Assembly: GCF_004010195.1 (NCBI RefSeq)
Contig: NC_057750.1
Location: forward strand, 13,730,033-13,794,032
Origin: Chiloscyllium plagiosum
Lineage: Eukaryota
Length of the DNA: 64,000 nucleotides
Direction of reading: 5' to 3'
Position numbers and translations under genes: made by a program. The notes beneath the pieces are model-generated. The model searched no databases and had not been told where the DNA came from. It worked only from the letters and a program-made list of their open reading frames with translations. The number at the start of each line of letters is the position of its first letter. Position 1 is the first letter of the stretch. Positions 35,729 through 48,212 of this stretch are shown here, piece after piece.

Positions 35729-37289
35729 TTGTATTAGTTAGCCAGCTCACTAACCATCCCTATATACTAACCCCGACAACAGCATTCCTTCTAAGTTTCT
35801 TACTAGTCACATGGGCCTTCAAAGCCTGTGCACGGCAGCAAGGTCTGAAATTGTAAATCAATATTCCGCGATTGGTATGCACAGAACATCGGAGCATCTG
35901 TGTGTCTGCAGCCGCACATCTTGGAGAGAGTGTTACCCAACATCAGGCCTCTTATCTTATTAAGTAGCCTTATGTTTGGTAAGGCATTGAACACCTTTTG
36001 AAATCCAAATATATTACATCTACTGGTTCCCCTTTATCCATCCTGCTGGTTATGTCCTCAAAGGACTCGAATACATTTGCCGGGCATGATTTCCCCTTCA
36101 TGAATCATACTGAACTGTCTGATCATTTATCTATTTCCAAATGCTCTGCTATTGCATCCTATATGATAGATTTTAACCAATGACGGGTGTTAAGGCAAAT
36201 GGCCTATTGGAGGTATTCCATTAGGTATGAAGTTTTTCAGACTATTCGGAGGTTGCGAAAGGTGTAAGCCCTTTTTTTTTAAGCTGCCTCTTCACATTCT
36301 TGCGAGCCCCACACTTGAGTTCTGAATATTGTTACATCGTTGTTTCTGCCTCTTGTCAGTTTTCCTGTTTAATTATTCTGAGGATGTGGGCGCTGCTACC
36401 CATCTCTAAATGCCATTGAACTGAATGACTTGCCCAGACATTCCAGAGGGCAGTTAAGAGTCAACTATTTCCATCTAATAAGTGGAGCTGCGAGCCAGAA
36501 CTCTTAAATTTCAGTACGGTAATCATGACAAAAGGATGACTGATTATTTTTTGTAAAAGAAAATTCTTTATACCCAGGGTGAGGGTGTCGCTGGCTGGGC
36601 CAGCACTTATTGTCTACCCCTAAATGCCCAGAGTCAACCTATTGCTGTGCGGTCTGGAGTCACATATAGGCCAGATCAGATAAGAAAGGCAGTTTCCTTC
36701 CCTAAAGGACATTAGTGAACCAGATGGGGTTTTCCCCCAACAATTGGCAGCAGTCGCAATTAGATGTGTAAATCCAGATTTTTGTTTTATAAATTGGATT
36801 CAAATCCCACCAAATGCCGTAGCAGGATTTTAACCCTGGTCTCTGGGTTCACAGCCTAGTTATAACAGCAGAAGCCCACCACCTCCTACCTGCAGTAGTT
36901 GTCCAATTTGGCAAGTTAAACCATTCATTTGGGTCAAACTGGACTGGGCGGGAATAAGCAGCTCAGTTGTCATCAGCTTCAAGGTTAATGTTGTTTCCGA
37001 ATTTTGCATAGAGCTGCTTCGTATAGGCCAGACTGGATAAAGACGGCAGAATTCCCTCCCTAATGGGGCATTAGTGAATCAGATGAATTTTTATAACAAT
37101 TTTTATAACAATCGCCAAGAGTAGTTGTCAATTGCAGTTCTCTGTGAATTAAAGTGAGACACCAGTCCCTGCCAAGGTGTGTTTTGAACACATTTCTCCA
37201 AAGCATCCTGAAGCTACCACTATGATAGTTGGCAGGGACTAGTCGGAATGAATGGTCCATGTCCATGCTGCGTGACTCTGTATGCTGTA

Positions 37290-37646
37290 TGGTTTATAAA
37301 ATCATGAGGGGCACGGATAGGATAAATAGACAAAATCTTTTCCCTGGGGTTGGTGGAGTCCAGAACTAGAGGGCATAGGTTTAGGGTGAGAGGGGAAAGA
37401 GACCTAAGGGGCAACTTCTTCTCGCAGAGGGTGGTGCTTGTATGGGGTGAGCTTCCAGAGGAAGGGGTGGAGGCTGGTACAGCTGCAACATTTAAAAGGC
37501 ATCTGGATGGGTATATGAACAAGAAGGGTTTGGAGGGATATGGGCCAGGTGCTGGCAGGTGGGACTAGATTGGGTTGGGCTATCTGGTCGGCATGGACGG
37601 GTTGGACCCAAGGGTCTGTTTCCACGCTGTACATCTCTATGACTCA
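37290..37646 (+). mobile_element. CR1/HER1 LINE 3' fragment
   Basis: Peptide RTRGHRFRVRGE..ELPEEGVEAG plus 3' UTR. Confidence 0.9.
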
Positions 37647-38112
37647 ATTTCTTCTGGATTCCTCCCTTGTTTTTTTTTTTTTGCTATGTTTTGAACGAGG
37701 ACGCTTTTTATTTAAAGAAAAGCAAGTTCAGTGAGCAAGTTGAAGGCCATGTGAGTGGGACTAAGACAGGTGTTCACCCCAACAGAAGGAGCGGGTAAGG
37801 GGCAAGCAGAGACTTACCTCACCCTTACCTCAGGAACCTGGAATCCTGTGCAATCTCTGACCCAAGTGCCAGCACGTACCGTCAAAAATTCTAATGTCCC
37901 AAACTCAAAAAACAAATGCAGGAAATATAAGCCTGTGACAGCTTTAACCGTTTTCTCTGAAGAGGAGTCACCAAACAGCAGGGTAATTGGGTTTGTTCTG
38001 CTCTAGTTGCCACCCAATTCAGTCTGGAATTTCCAGCATTTTACAGTCTTTCCCCTTTGAGGTTTACGACTTGCTCAGGTTCCTGTTTGGCTCTGTGATC
38101 CTGGCCAATATT

Positions 38113-38545
38113 TCATAGAGTCACACAACCATATTGCATGGAAGCAGACCCTTCGGTCCAACCAATCCACGCCAACCATGTTCCCAAGCTAAACTAAGTC
38201 CCACCTACCTGCTCCCGGGCCCATATCTTACATTAGATTAGATTCCCTGCAGTGTGGAAACAGGTCCTTCGGCCCAACAAGTCCACACTGAGCCTCTGAA
38301 GAGCAACCCACCCAGACCCATTTCCCTCTGACTAATGCACCTATTTAGCACGGCCAATTCGCCTGACCTGCATATCTTTGGACTGTGGGAGGAAACACCC
38401 CCGAATATTTTTCATTCATGTATTTGTCCAAGTGTCTTTTAAATGTTGTAACTGTCCCAGCATCCACCACTTCCTCTGGAAGTTCATTCTTTACACAAAC
38501 CATTCTGTGTGTTAAAAAGTTGCCCCTCATGTCCTTTTTAAATAT
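38113..38545 (-). mobile_element. CR1/HER1 3' fragment with HE1 insert (about 38230-38397)
   Basis: NELPEEVVDAG peptide plus HE1 tail and core. Confidence 0.85.
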
Positions 38546-39294
38546 TTAAACCACATAAAAGCAAAGATATATGCTCATTGATACTTTAATCAGTACATTT
38601 TAATACAGTTATCCATACATTTCAATACAATAATCAGAACTCACAGCTAGAGAATTCCTATGGGGAAGAAAATCTTCTCATTTCTTTCTGAAGCGGCCCC
38701 CAACCCCTATTGCTAAAATTTAGCCCATGTCCTAGACTCCTCAAACTGGGCAGAAGTGAGCAGGTTATTCTGACAGGGTTAGATGGCTGGTGTGGATCAT
38801 ACATGCTAGCACAGACAAGACGGGCCGAATGGCCCTTTGTGTGTGTGAGTGTGTGTGTGTGAGAGAGAGACCTGTACATATTTGCCGGGCATTGTGACTT
38901 GCCGTGTAAAACTTCCATCGAATGAAACGGTCACGTTGCAATCTTTAGATTTCACTGGGAAACTCTGTTCCAACGTGAGTCGGGACGAGCGTGGGCTGGG
39001 GGTGGGAAGGAAAAAATAGCAGACGGATCTGAACAGTGTCCTGGCGTTTGCCTTGAGTTAATTTTGGTTTTTGGGGAGGGTGGGGGGGGGGGGGGGGTGT
39101 TATAGTGGGAATGGGTGAGCCCTGAGGGCTGGTGAGGGACAGAGAGCCACAGGTGAAAGTAACAGCAGGAACCCAGTACTGTCTAGGAAGTGGGAGGTGA
39201 AATCGGACACTGAGAAGGGGAGGGAGAAGAGTTGCTGCCTTTAAGGATTGTTGATCCACACTCAAGACACTGTCTCTCTCTCTCTCTCTCTCAG

Positions 39295-39375
39295 TGCGGG
39301 ATACATACAATTCAGGCAGTCCCACCTTGAATTACAGGCACACATCTGTGGGGCTGTGTCCCAGTGAAATAACAG
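39295..39375 (+). CDS. Candidate internal coding exon (VRDTYNSGSPTLNYRHTSVGLCPSEIT)
   Basis: (tc)n tract plus CAG acceptor and AG|GTGAG donor at 39376. 81 nt, phase 1 to 1, open frame, in a TE-poor island. Confidence 0.6.
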
Positions 39376-40239
39376 GTGAGCTCTGAAAATAATTGTCTTA
39401 TTCTAACTGGAAAAGTAAACATTCATCCTCTCCTATAATTAACACTCCTTTTAGCTTACAGGAACGTAGGAAATGCTGGAGGACAGCTTAAAATAGTAAC
39501 GTGTATTTATCAAAACATTGACTTTGCTAATCATAACTTCACTGTTTACTGCAAATATCTTATAAAAACAAAACATCTTGCTTTTTGTGAGCAGATGCCA
39601 AATTTGTTATCATTGTCACACTTGGATTTTTTTTTCTCATTGTAGCAGTATATTTTCCAAATGAGCCGCATTGTCAGAGGTGACTTTCTGTGTTGTGTAT
39701 GTCCCCCCCCACCTCTCCGCAGCGATACTGAGCAGGAGGTCTTGGATCCCTGACCGTTCCTGCTAATGCTCTTGTATTCCCTCTAGCCGAAGTTCTGTCT
39801 CAGCTCCTGTCTTAAGGATGATCAAGTGTACAGCCGCGCCGCCCCCCCCCCCCCCCCATTGATATCGGTAGTTGCTCTGCACCTCCTTACAGCATTGGAA
39901 TACGGAGAGCTTATCATAGTTTGTACTGTTCCCCCCCTCCAGCAGAATACGTTCCCAGGTAGAGCTAGGAAGAGATTTACAGTTTTATTTTTGCTCAGAA
40001 CTCCCTGTACCTGGATTGTTCAATCGGTTCTCCTTCTCTATTTCTCTCTCTCTCTCTCAACTTACACCTGAATTTCTCACTTCTATCTCTCTCTCTCTCA
40101 CTCTTCCACTGCTTACTTGTCCCTCTGACTGACCCTCCCTCCCCATTCTCTCTCTTCCCCTGCTCTCTCCATTTGATATTTCTGTTAAACAGCCCCATGG
40201 GATCCAGGTGACCAGGTTGTGAAAGAATGGGGTTTTCCA

Positions 40240-41477
40240 GGTACAGGTTCACAGTCCCTTGAGGGTGCAGTCGCAGGTCGACATGGTTTATATGGACTTC
40301 AGTAAGGCGTTCGACAGGGACTGGTTTGCAAGGTTAGAGCACATGGAACACAAGGAGAACCTTGTAGGATTAAAGGTTGGCACAATATCAAGGGCCGAAG
40401 GGCCTGTGCTGTGCTGTACTGTTCTATGTTCTAAACTTGGCTTGACGTTAGTCATGCTGGGGGGGGGTCATGTTGATTTTCATTCTGTGACTAACAGTGT
40501 GCTGCAAGGTTCGGTGCTGGGTCCACAGCTTTTTGTTATTTACATAAATGATTTGGATGTGGAGCCAGAAGGTATGGTTAGTATGTTTGCAGCTGACACC
40601 AAAATTGGAGGTGTAGTGGACAGCAAAGGAGGTTAGCTCAGAATACAACCGGACTTTGATCAGATGGGCCAGTGGGCTGAGGAGTGGGCAGATGGAGGTT
40701 GATTTAGATAAATGTGAAGTGCTGCCATTTTGGAAAGGCAAATCAGGGCAGGACTTGTACGTTTAATGGGTGAGTGTTGCCGAACAAAGAGACCTTGGGG
40801 TGCAGGTGCAAAGTTCCTTGAAGGTGGAACTGCAGGTAGACAGGGTAGTGAAGGAAGTGTTTGTTAGGCTTGCCTTCATTGATCATTGCATTGAGTACAG
40901 GAGTTGGGAGGTCATGTTCCACTGGATCTGGGCTGGGCTACTTTTAGAATATTGTGTGCAATTCAGGTCTCCCGCGATAGGAAGGATGTTATGAAACTTG
41001 AAAGGGTTCAGAAAAGATCTACAAGGATGTTGCCAGGGTTGGAGGGTTTGAGCTATAGGGAGAGGCTGAACAGGATGGGGCTGTTTTCCCTGGAGCGTCG
41101 GAGGCTGAGGGGTGACCTCATAGAGCTTTATAAAATCATGAGGTGCATTGATAGGATAAATAGACAGTCTTTTCCCTGGGGTGGGGCGAGTCCAGAACTA
41201 GAGGGCATAGGTTTAAGGTGAGGGGGGCAAGATTTAAAGGGGACCTGAGGGGCAATTTTTTTCACACAGAGGGTAGTGCGTGTATGGAATGAGGAAGTGG
41301 TGGAGGCTGGTACAATTGCAACATTTAAAAGGCATCTAGATGGGTATATGAATAAGCAGGGTTTAGAGGGAATGCTGGCAAATGTGACTGGATTAGGTTG
41401 GGCTATCAGGTCGGCATGGACGAGTTGGACCAAAGGGTCTGTTTCCGTGCTGTACATCTCTATGACCCTATGATCCT
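40240..41477 (+). mobile_element. CR1/HER1 LINE RT fragment(s)
   Basis: Peptides YMDFSKAFD, QGSVLGPQLFVIYINDLD, FAADTK and RLRGDLIE. Confidence 0.92.
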
Positions 41478-42021
41478 ATGACAAGAGAAGAACAATAAAT
41501 GGTGACCCAGCCAGTGATACCTACGTTCAACGAGTGAATAAAAAGTGATCAGTTTGCCCCTACCCACATCCCATTCCAGCACTGACCCATCTGGGTCAGG
41601 GGTCAATTGAAGGATTGGGTGGCTGGGTGACATAGGAGAGGGTGTTATGCTCTCCCTCCCACTGCCTCGAGTCCCTCGATGTGTTCCGTGCCCTTTCTGA
41701 GGGACACAGACAGGGTAAATGGGAAGAAACATTTCCCCTTGATGTAGGAATCAATGACCAGTGGGGCAAAGGCGCAGAAGGTTTCAAGGAGATGTGAGGA
41801 GAGCATTTTTCACCCAGAGGGTGGTGGGAATCTACCAGCAGCGGTGAGACAGGCAGAAACCCTCATCACATTTAACAAGTATTAAGATGGGTACACTTGT
41901 GATGCCAGAGCTATGGAGCAAGTGCTGGAAAATGGCATTAGAATGGTCAGATACCCCCACTGAATGTCAGGGGGTGGGGGTTAGCTTATTGCAGATGGGC
42001 ATTGCCTGGCACTTGCTAGTT

Positions 42022-42462
42022 GTCAAGAGAGTGGTGCTGGAAAAGCACAGCAGGTCAGGCAGCATCCGAGGAGCAGGAGAAGTGACATTTTGGGCAAAAG
42101 CTCTCCCTCCTCCCTGATGAAGGGCTTTTGCCCGAAATGTTGATTCTCCTGCTCCTTGCCAGGGTCCCAGGTTCGATTACAGCCTCAGGCGACTGTCTGT
42201 GTGGAGTTTGCACGTTCTCCCCGTGTCTGCGTGGGTTTCCTCCGGGTGCTCCGGTTTCCTCAGGCAGCATCACACTCTCGCCTCTGATCGCCAGTATCTG
42301 CACTTCCTCACTTTCACCTATTTGCTAACTGTCAGCCATTTGAAGGGCTTTTGCCCGAAACCTCGATTTTGCCTGTCCTCGGATGCTGCCTGAATTGCTG
42401 TGCTCTTCCAGCACCACTGATCCAGAATCTGGTTTCCAGCATCTGCAGTCATTGTTTTTACC
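42022..42462. mobile_element. Cluster of Penelope-end pieces with an HE1 fragment (42157-42262)
   Basis: Foldback arms with CTGATGA at 42114. Second end piece at 42341-42462. Confidence 0.75.
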
Positions 42463-43506
42463 AGGCAATATTTATTGCCCATCCCTAATTGCCCAGAGGG
42501 CAGTTTGAGAGTTAACCACATTGCTGTGGGTCTGGAGTCACATGTAGGCCAGACTAGATAAAGATGGTTGTTTTCTTCCCTAAAGGGTGTTAGTGAACCA
42601 AATGGGTTTTTGCAACAGGTCAACAATGGATTCAAGTGCATCATTAAACACTTAATTCCAAATTCCTTTTGTATTGAATTCAAATTCCACCATCTACTGT
42701 GGTGGGATTCGAACCCTCATTTCCAGAACGTTCCACAGTCGCGAGATTAACAGTCTTGCAATAGTACCAATAGGCCATCACCTCAAAAATGATCTGACTT
42801 GAAATTTGATGGTGTCTTATTGGAGATGGTCATTGCCTGGCATCAAGTCTGGATACTGTTCGGATCTTATTGCATTTGAACACAGGCTGCTGAACACCAT
42901 TGGACAGTCTAATGCCAGGAGTAACTTTCGTGGTGCCTTTGGGAGAGTTTTACCTCAAAGAGGTGTTTGAGATGTCAGCTGAGATGTTGTTTTCCCACTT
43001 TACCATGGAATCGAGCAGCTTAAGTAAAGAAAATGACTTGCTCCTTCTGACCTACGTTCAAGAAACTGAACTCCGCACTTGTAAATACAGGCAGCAATTA
43101 ATGATATTCAGCAATGAGTAGAGGTGAGGGACAGGGAATTATGTAAAGCATATATTACACGGAAGAATATACCGTGATGTTTCAGGGTGATGTACAAGAT
43201 GCTGAAGGGGAGAAGTGGGCAGCATGTTTGCTTTCCTGGGAGAGGCTTGCACCAGGAGTCAGTCGCTGTTTAAGAATCAAGGGTTGTCCATTTAAACAGA
43301 GGCAAGGCTCACAAAATTCTTTCAGATGGTCATGAGCTCTTAGAATCCATCTCCTGAAAAGGGGTGGGGGTGCAGTCTTTGAGTATTTTTAAGGCAGAAG
43401 TAGGTAGATTCTTGTTCAGCAAAAGGGGATACGAAAGGTTAATGGTGTGGGGTTGGGGGAAATGTGGATTTGAGGTTATGATCAGATCGATATGTTTGAG
43501 AAACAG

Positions 43507-43790
43507 GGTGCCATGGTGGCTCAGTGGTCAGCATTGCTACCTCACAGTGCAATGGACCCTCGGGCGACTGTCTGTGTGGAGTTTGCACATTCCCCTCATG
43601 TTTGCGTGGGTTTCCTCCCACAGTCCAAAGATGTGCAGGCCAGGGTGCATTGGTCTTGGGAAGGTGTCCAGGGATGTGCAGGCTAGGTGGTGTAGCCATT
43701 GGAATTACAGGGATAGGGCAGGCCTGGGTGGGATGTTCTTCAGCCTTGGGGGGGGGGGGGGGGAGGTCAGTAGTAGGGGTTCTATGATCT
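43507..43790 (+). mobile_element. HE1 SINE
   Basis: Degenerate head, core and tail. Confidence 0.8.
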
Positions 43791-43934
43791 GTCGTATTGA
43801 ATGGCCAAGCAGATTGACCTACTCTCGCTCCTTGGTCATATGTTCATAGCTTTACTACACTGACATTGTCTTAAAGTAGATTCAGAGCAGAATTGTCACA
43901 ACCAAAGATTGGAGGGATGCATGTAGACAATTCT

Positions 43935-44945
43935 TCGAAGTTTACATCACATGTAGACAGGGTGGTTAAGAAGGCATTCAATTGCCTTCATTGCTTAGAC
44001 CTTTTGAATATAGGAATTGGGACGTCATGTTGAGGTTGTACAGGATGTTGGTGAGGCCTCTCCTGGAGTACCGTGTGCAGTTCTGGTTGCCCTGCTATAG
44101 GAAGGTGATTATTAAATTGGAGAGGGTTCAGAAATGATTGACCAGGATGTTGCCAGATATGGAGGGTTTGCATTATAAAGTAAGGCTGGATAGGCTGGCA
44201 CTTTTTCCAATGGAGCATAGGAGGATGAGAGGTGACCTTTAGATTAGATTAGATTACAGTGTGGAAACAGGCCCTTCGGCCCAACAAGTCCACACCGCCA
44301 TACCCCTACATTTACCCCTTACCTAACACTACGGGCAATTTAGCACGGCCAATTCACCTGAGCTGTAGAGGTCAGGTGAATTATAAACCTTGTAGAGGTT
44401 TATAAAATAATGAGGTATGGATAGAGTTAACAGTAGTTCTCTTTTCCCTAGGATGGGGGATTTCAAGACCACAGAGTCATTAGGGACATTTAAGCGCCTG
44501 CTGGACATGCACATGGACAGCAGTAAATTGAGGGGTGCATAGATGAGGTTATTTTATTTTACATTAGGATTAATCCTCGGCACAATATCGTAGGCCGAAG
44601 GGCCTGTTCTGTGCTGTACTTTTCCATGTTCTAAGACCATGGGGGAACATTTTTAAGGTGAGGGGAGAAAGAGTTAAAAAAAAGGGCAAATGTTTTACAC
44701 AGAAAGTGGTTTGCATGTGGAATGAGCTTCCAGAGGAAGTGGTGGATGTGGATACAGTTACAAGGTTTAATATACAGTTACAAGGTTTAATATACAGTTA
44801 CAAGGTTTAAGCATGAATGGGAAAGGTTTGGAGGGATTCGGGCCAGGAGCAGGCAGCTGGGACTGGTTTAGTTTGGGATTATGGTCGGCATGGACTGGTT
44901 GGGCCGAAGGGTCTGTGTCCGTACTGCATGACTGGATGACTCTAC
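43935..44945 (+). mobile_element. CR1/HER1 fragment with nested HE1 tail and a second CR1 3' end
   Basis: ORF2 C-terminal sequence. Three 19-bp tandem units atacagttacaaggtttaa at about 44752-44810. Confidence 0.85.
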
Positions 44946-45354
44946 AAGAAACAGTGCAAGCCTGAATTGACATTTTTTACCGATTGAAAGTGGAAGATTT
45001 GATGTTTGTGCCTCATTGTTCCCATAGTAGGAATAACATATGATTGTTTAAGTAATTTCCATTGCTGCTTGTAAATTGTCTTACCACCAAAACAGCGGAG
45101 ATGGAGATGATTGAGCGGACGAGTCAGAGCTCATTTCTTGTGAAAGGGAACAACACAAACGCTTGAGAAACCTTTCTGTATGTCGTATCATGTCAGGTAA
45201 AAACATGTGCAATTTCTCCAGCGGGGAAAAACAATGAACCAAGGACTAATTAAAAGAGGAATGGCCTACTGCTGCCCTTCTAGGGGGGTAATTCTCCAGA
45301 ACTCTGCTGGGGTCGGCCAATGGGAGATGTCTCTGGCAGAGAGGGCCAGCCTAA

Positions 45355-45905
45355 TGCTTTATATTTTTAAAAATATACTTTATTCATTAAAAAAAATCTT
45401 TATACCTACAGTCAGTAGAGCAGTTCAGTTCTGTGCATTCCTTGCTTGCAGAATAATCAAAATCCCAAGACATTTCTTGCTTGTACCAGACTATATTTAG
45501 TCCCAGTTGAGGCACCGGGAGGGTCCAATAACTGAATGAACCCCCATTGTACTTTGGTAGAAAGATCTCAGTCAGTAGTCTTTTCCCACTGCGTCTTGGT
45601 GGCAGCTACGTTTGAGTGCATCTCTCAGCACCTTGGAGTGTGCCAGTCTGCAACACTGAGTTGAGGTCAACTCCTTGTACTGGAAGACCAGCAAGTTTCG
45701 GGCAGGGCAAAGAGGGTCTTTCACCAAATTGATGATTGTCCAGGGACGGTCAACGTTTGCCTCAGTGTGCATCTCATGCAACAGAGCGTAGAGCACAGAG
45801 TCACAGAGCTGTTCGAGATGAACATCACCAATAACCACTGCATCTCCCTCCAGACTTCCTTTGCAATAGCAACATTCCAGACAGGCCCAGGCTAATGCCC
45901 TGGGG
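45355..45905 (-). mobile_element. Tx1-clade LINE 3' end
   Basis: Peptide WTIINLVKDPL..ARNLLVFQ.KELTSTQCCRLAHSKV.RDALK resembles the Tx1 ORF2 C-terminus. aataaagtatattttt near the terminus. Confidence 0.75.
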
Positions 45906-45907
45906 AT

Positions 45908-46222
45908 CATAGAATCCCTTGTGTGGAACTAGGCCCTTCGATCCAACAAGTCCACACTGACCCTCTGAAGAGTATCCCACCCAAACCCATTTCCCATTAC
46001 TCTACATTTACCCCGATTAATGCACCTAACCTACACATCCCTGAACACTATGGTAATTTAGTGCGGCCAATTCACCCTAACCTACACATCCCTGGACTTT
46101 GGGAGGAAACCCACGCAGATACAGGGAGAATGTGCAAACAGATGGTTACCTGAGGCTGCAATCGAACCCAGGTCCTTGGCGCTGGGAGGCACCAGTGCTA
46201 ACCACTGAGCCACCGTGCCACC
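45908..46222 (-). mobile_element. HE1 SINE
   Basis: Head, core and tail. Confidence 0.85.
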
Positions 46223-46224
46223 CC

Positions 46225-46552
46225 ACGTGGGTTCGAAACCCACCGGGGCAACCAGGATTTAAATTAAATTAATCAATAGAATCTGGAATTGGAAGCTAGT
46301 TTCAGTGATGGTGACCTTGGAACTATTACTGAGTGTTGTAAAAACCCATCTGTGTCACTAATGTCCTTCAGGGAGAGATATCTGCTGTCCTTACCCTGGT
46401 CGGGCCTACACATAACTCCAGACCCACAGTGATGTGGCTGACTCTTAACTGCCCTCTGAAGTGGTCTTGTCAGTCACTTAGTTTAAGGGCTATTGGGGAT
46501 GGATCATGAATGCTGGCTTTGCCAGTGAGACCCGCATCCCATAAAGGAATAA
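46225..46552 (+). mobile_element. tRNA-derived SINE family 2 (further copies near 7450, 10555, 24325, 31280, 32690, 34190, 36575, 42465, 47195)
   Basis: B-box ggttcgaa and conserved core aaaacccatctg..cactaatgtcctt.aggga.g.aatctgc..tccttacc...gactcttaactgccctctgaa, repeated across the window. Confidence 0.8.
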
Positions 46553-46921
46553 GTTGAAAGGAGAGGATTGCATTCTCGGAGTACTGTGGCCGAGATTTTA
46601 GACTGAGAGTTTATCTCACTGTCCAGGTGATTGTCTTCAGAAGGCGCTGGGAGGATTTTCTGAAAAGGCAAATCAAATTTGAAATTCGAGTGTCGGATTG
46701 AATCAGAACGCCTTAAACAGGCAACATCTCCTCGCTCACACTAATGTCCCCAATTGGGGCTGTTCAAACCCATAACAACACAGAGAGTCAGAAACAATCT
46801 CCATTAAGGTGAATCATTCATTGCTTATATGCTAATCAGAGACATAAAAGCACTCAATTGTAAAAATTCTGTTCTATATTTTCTGTGAATTAGTGCAGCA
46901 GTAGGTCATTCAGCCCTTCAA

Positions 46922-47108
46922 AGTCAAAGAGTGTGGTGCTGGACAAGCACAGCCGGTCAGGCAGCATCCAGGGAGCAGGAGAATCGATATTTTGAGTATG
47001 CTCAAATCATTGACTCTCCTCCTCCTCAGATGCTGCCTGACCGGCTGTGTTTTTCCATCACTGCACTCTCGACTCGGATCTCCAGCATCTGCAGTCCTCG
47101 CTTTCACC
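46922..47108. mobile_element. Foldback Penelope-end insertion
   Basis: Inverted arms with an imperfect TSD ttcagccc.tcaa. Confidence 0.8.
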
Positions 47109-47596
47109 CGTTCAGCCCCTCAAGCGTGGTCTGCCATTCAAGAAGATTATGTGTTACTGTTCCAAATCCCACATTCTCAGCTACCCTTTCATTCCTAGTT
47201 AATTGTTGTGTATCTGGAGTCCCATGTTAGCCAGATCGGGTAAGGACGGCAGATTTCCCTCCCTGAAGGACAATAGTGAATAAGTCGGGTTTTTCTTTTG
47301 TTGGAAAAGATGACATTTGAAACACAGTCACTATTGGACTAATTTTCTGTATGAAAGTCAAATTTCATAGTTTGCAATGGTGGGGTTTGAACCCTTGTCC
47401 CCAGAATTAGGGGCTAGATTATCAGCCCACTGCTTATCACCTCTATATTACCAGGTCCCTATTGCACAGGCCAGATGGCTCCTGACTGAAAAGAAAAATT
47501 GAATCAGAAATTCCCAGGAATTTGACGCAAGTTCAAAAAATGCTAGGAATGCGAAATAGATCCCTTAACATTTGAGTCAAGGGAACAAATTCATTT

Positions 47597-48212
47597 CATA
47601 GAGTCATAGAGTCATACAGCACAGAAACAGACCCTTCGGTCCAACCAGTCCATGCCGACCACAATCCCAAACTAAACTAGTCCCACCTGCCTGCTCCTGG
47701 CCCATATCCCTCCAAACCTTTTCCTATTCATGTACATATTCCAATGTCTTTTAAATGTTGCAACTGTACCCTCATCCACCACTTCCTTTGGCAGTTCATT
47801 CCATATACAAACCACTCTGTGTAAAAAACAACAGTTGCCCCTCATATCCTTTTTAAATCTTTCGCTATCCACCTTAAGAATGTGTCCCCTAGTCTTGAAC
47901 TCCACCATCTTAGGGAAAAGACCCTTGCTATTTACCTTACCTATGCTCCTCATGATTTTATAAACCTCTATACCGTCCTCAACCTCCAGTGAAAAAAGTC
48001 CCAGTCTATATTTTTATAACTCAAACCTTCCATACCTGGCAACATCCTGGTAAATCTCTTCTGAACCCTCTCCAGTTTAATAATATCCTGCCTATAGCAG
48101 GGCGACCAGAACTGCACACGGGTACTCCAGAAGAGGCCTCACCAACATCCTGTACAAACTCAACATGGCATCCCAACTCCTACACTCAAAGGTCTGAGCA
48201 ATGGAGGCAAGT
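47597..48212 (-). mobile_element. CR1/HER1 LINE 3' fragment
   Basis: WNELPKEVVDEG peptide and a (catagagt) tail. Confidence 0.9.

Noticed and set aside
37730..38085. Possible Gypsy gag-pol remnant (minus-strand FLSKGEVSL)
   Set aside because: The similarity is too short to support a call.
9106..39375. Assigning a gene name (fleeting resemblance to KCNIP or CDK14 motifs)
   Set aside because: The matches are only a few residues long and not collinear.
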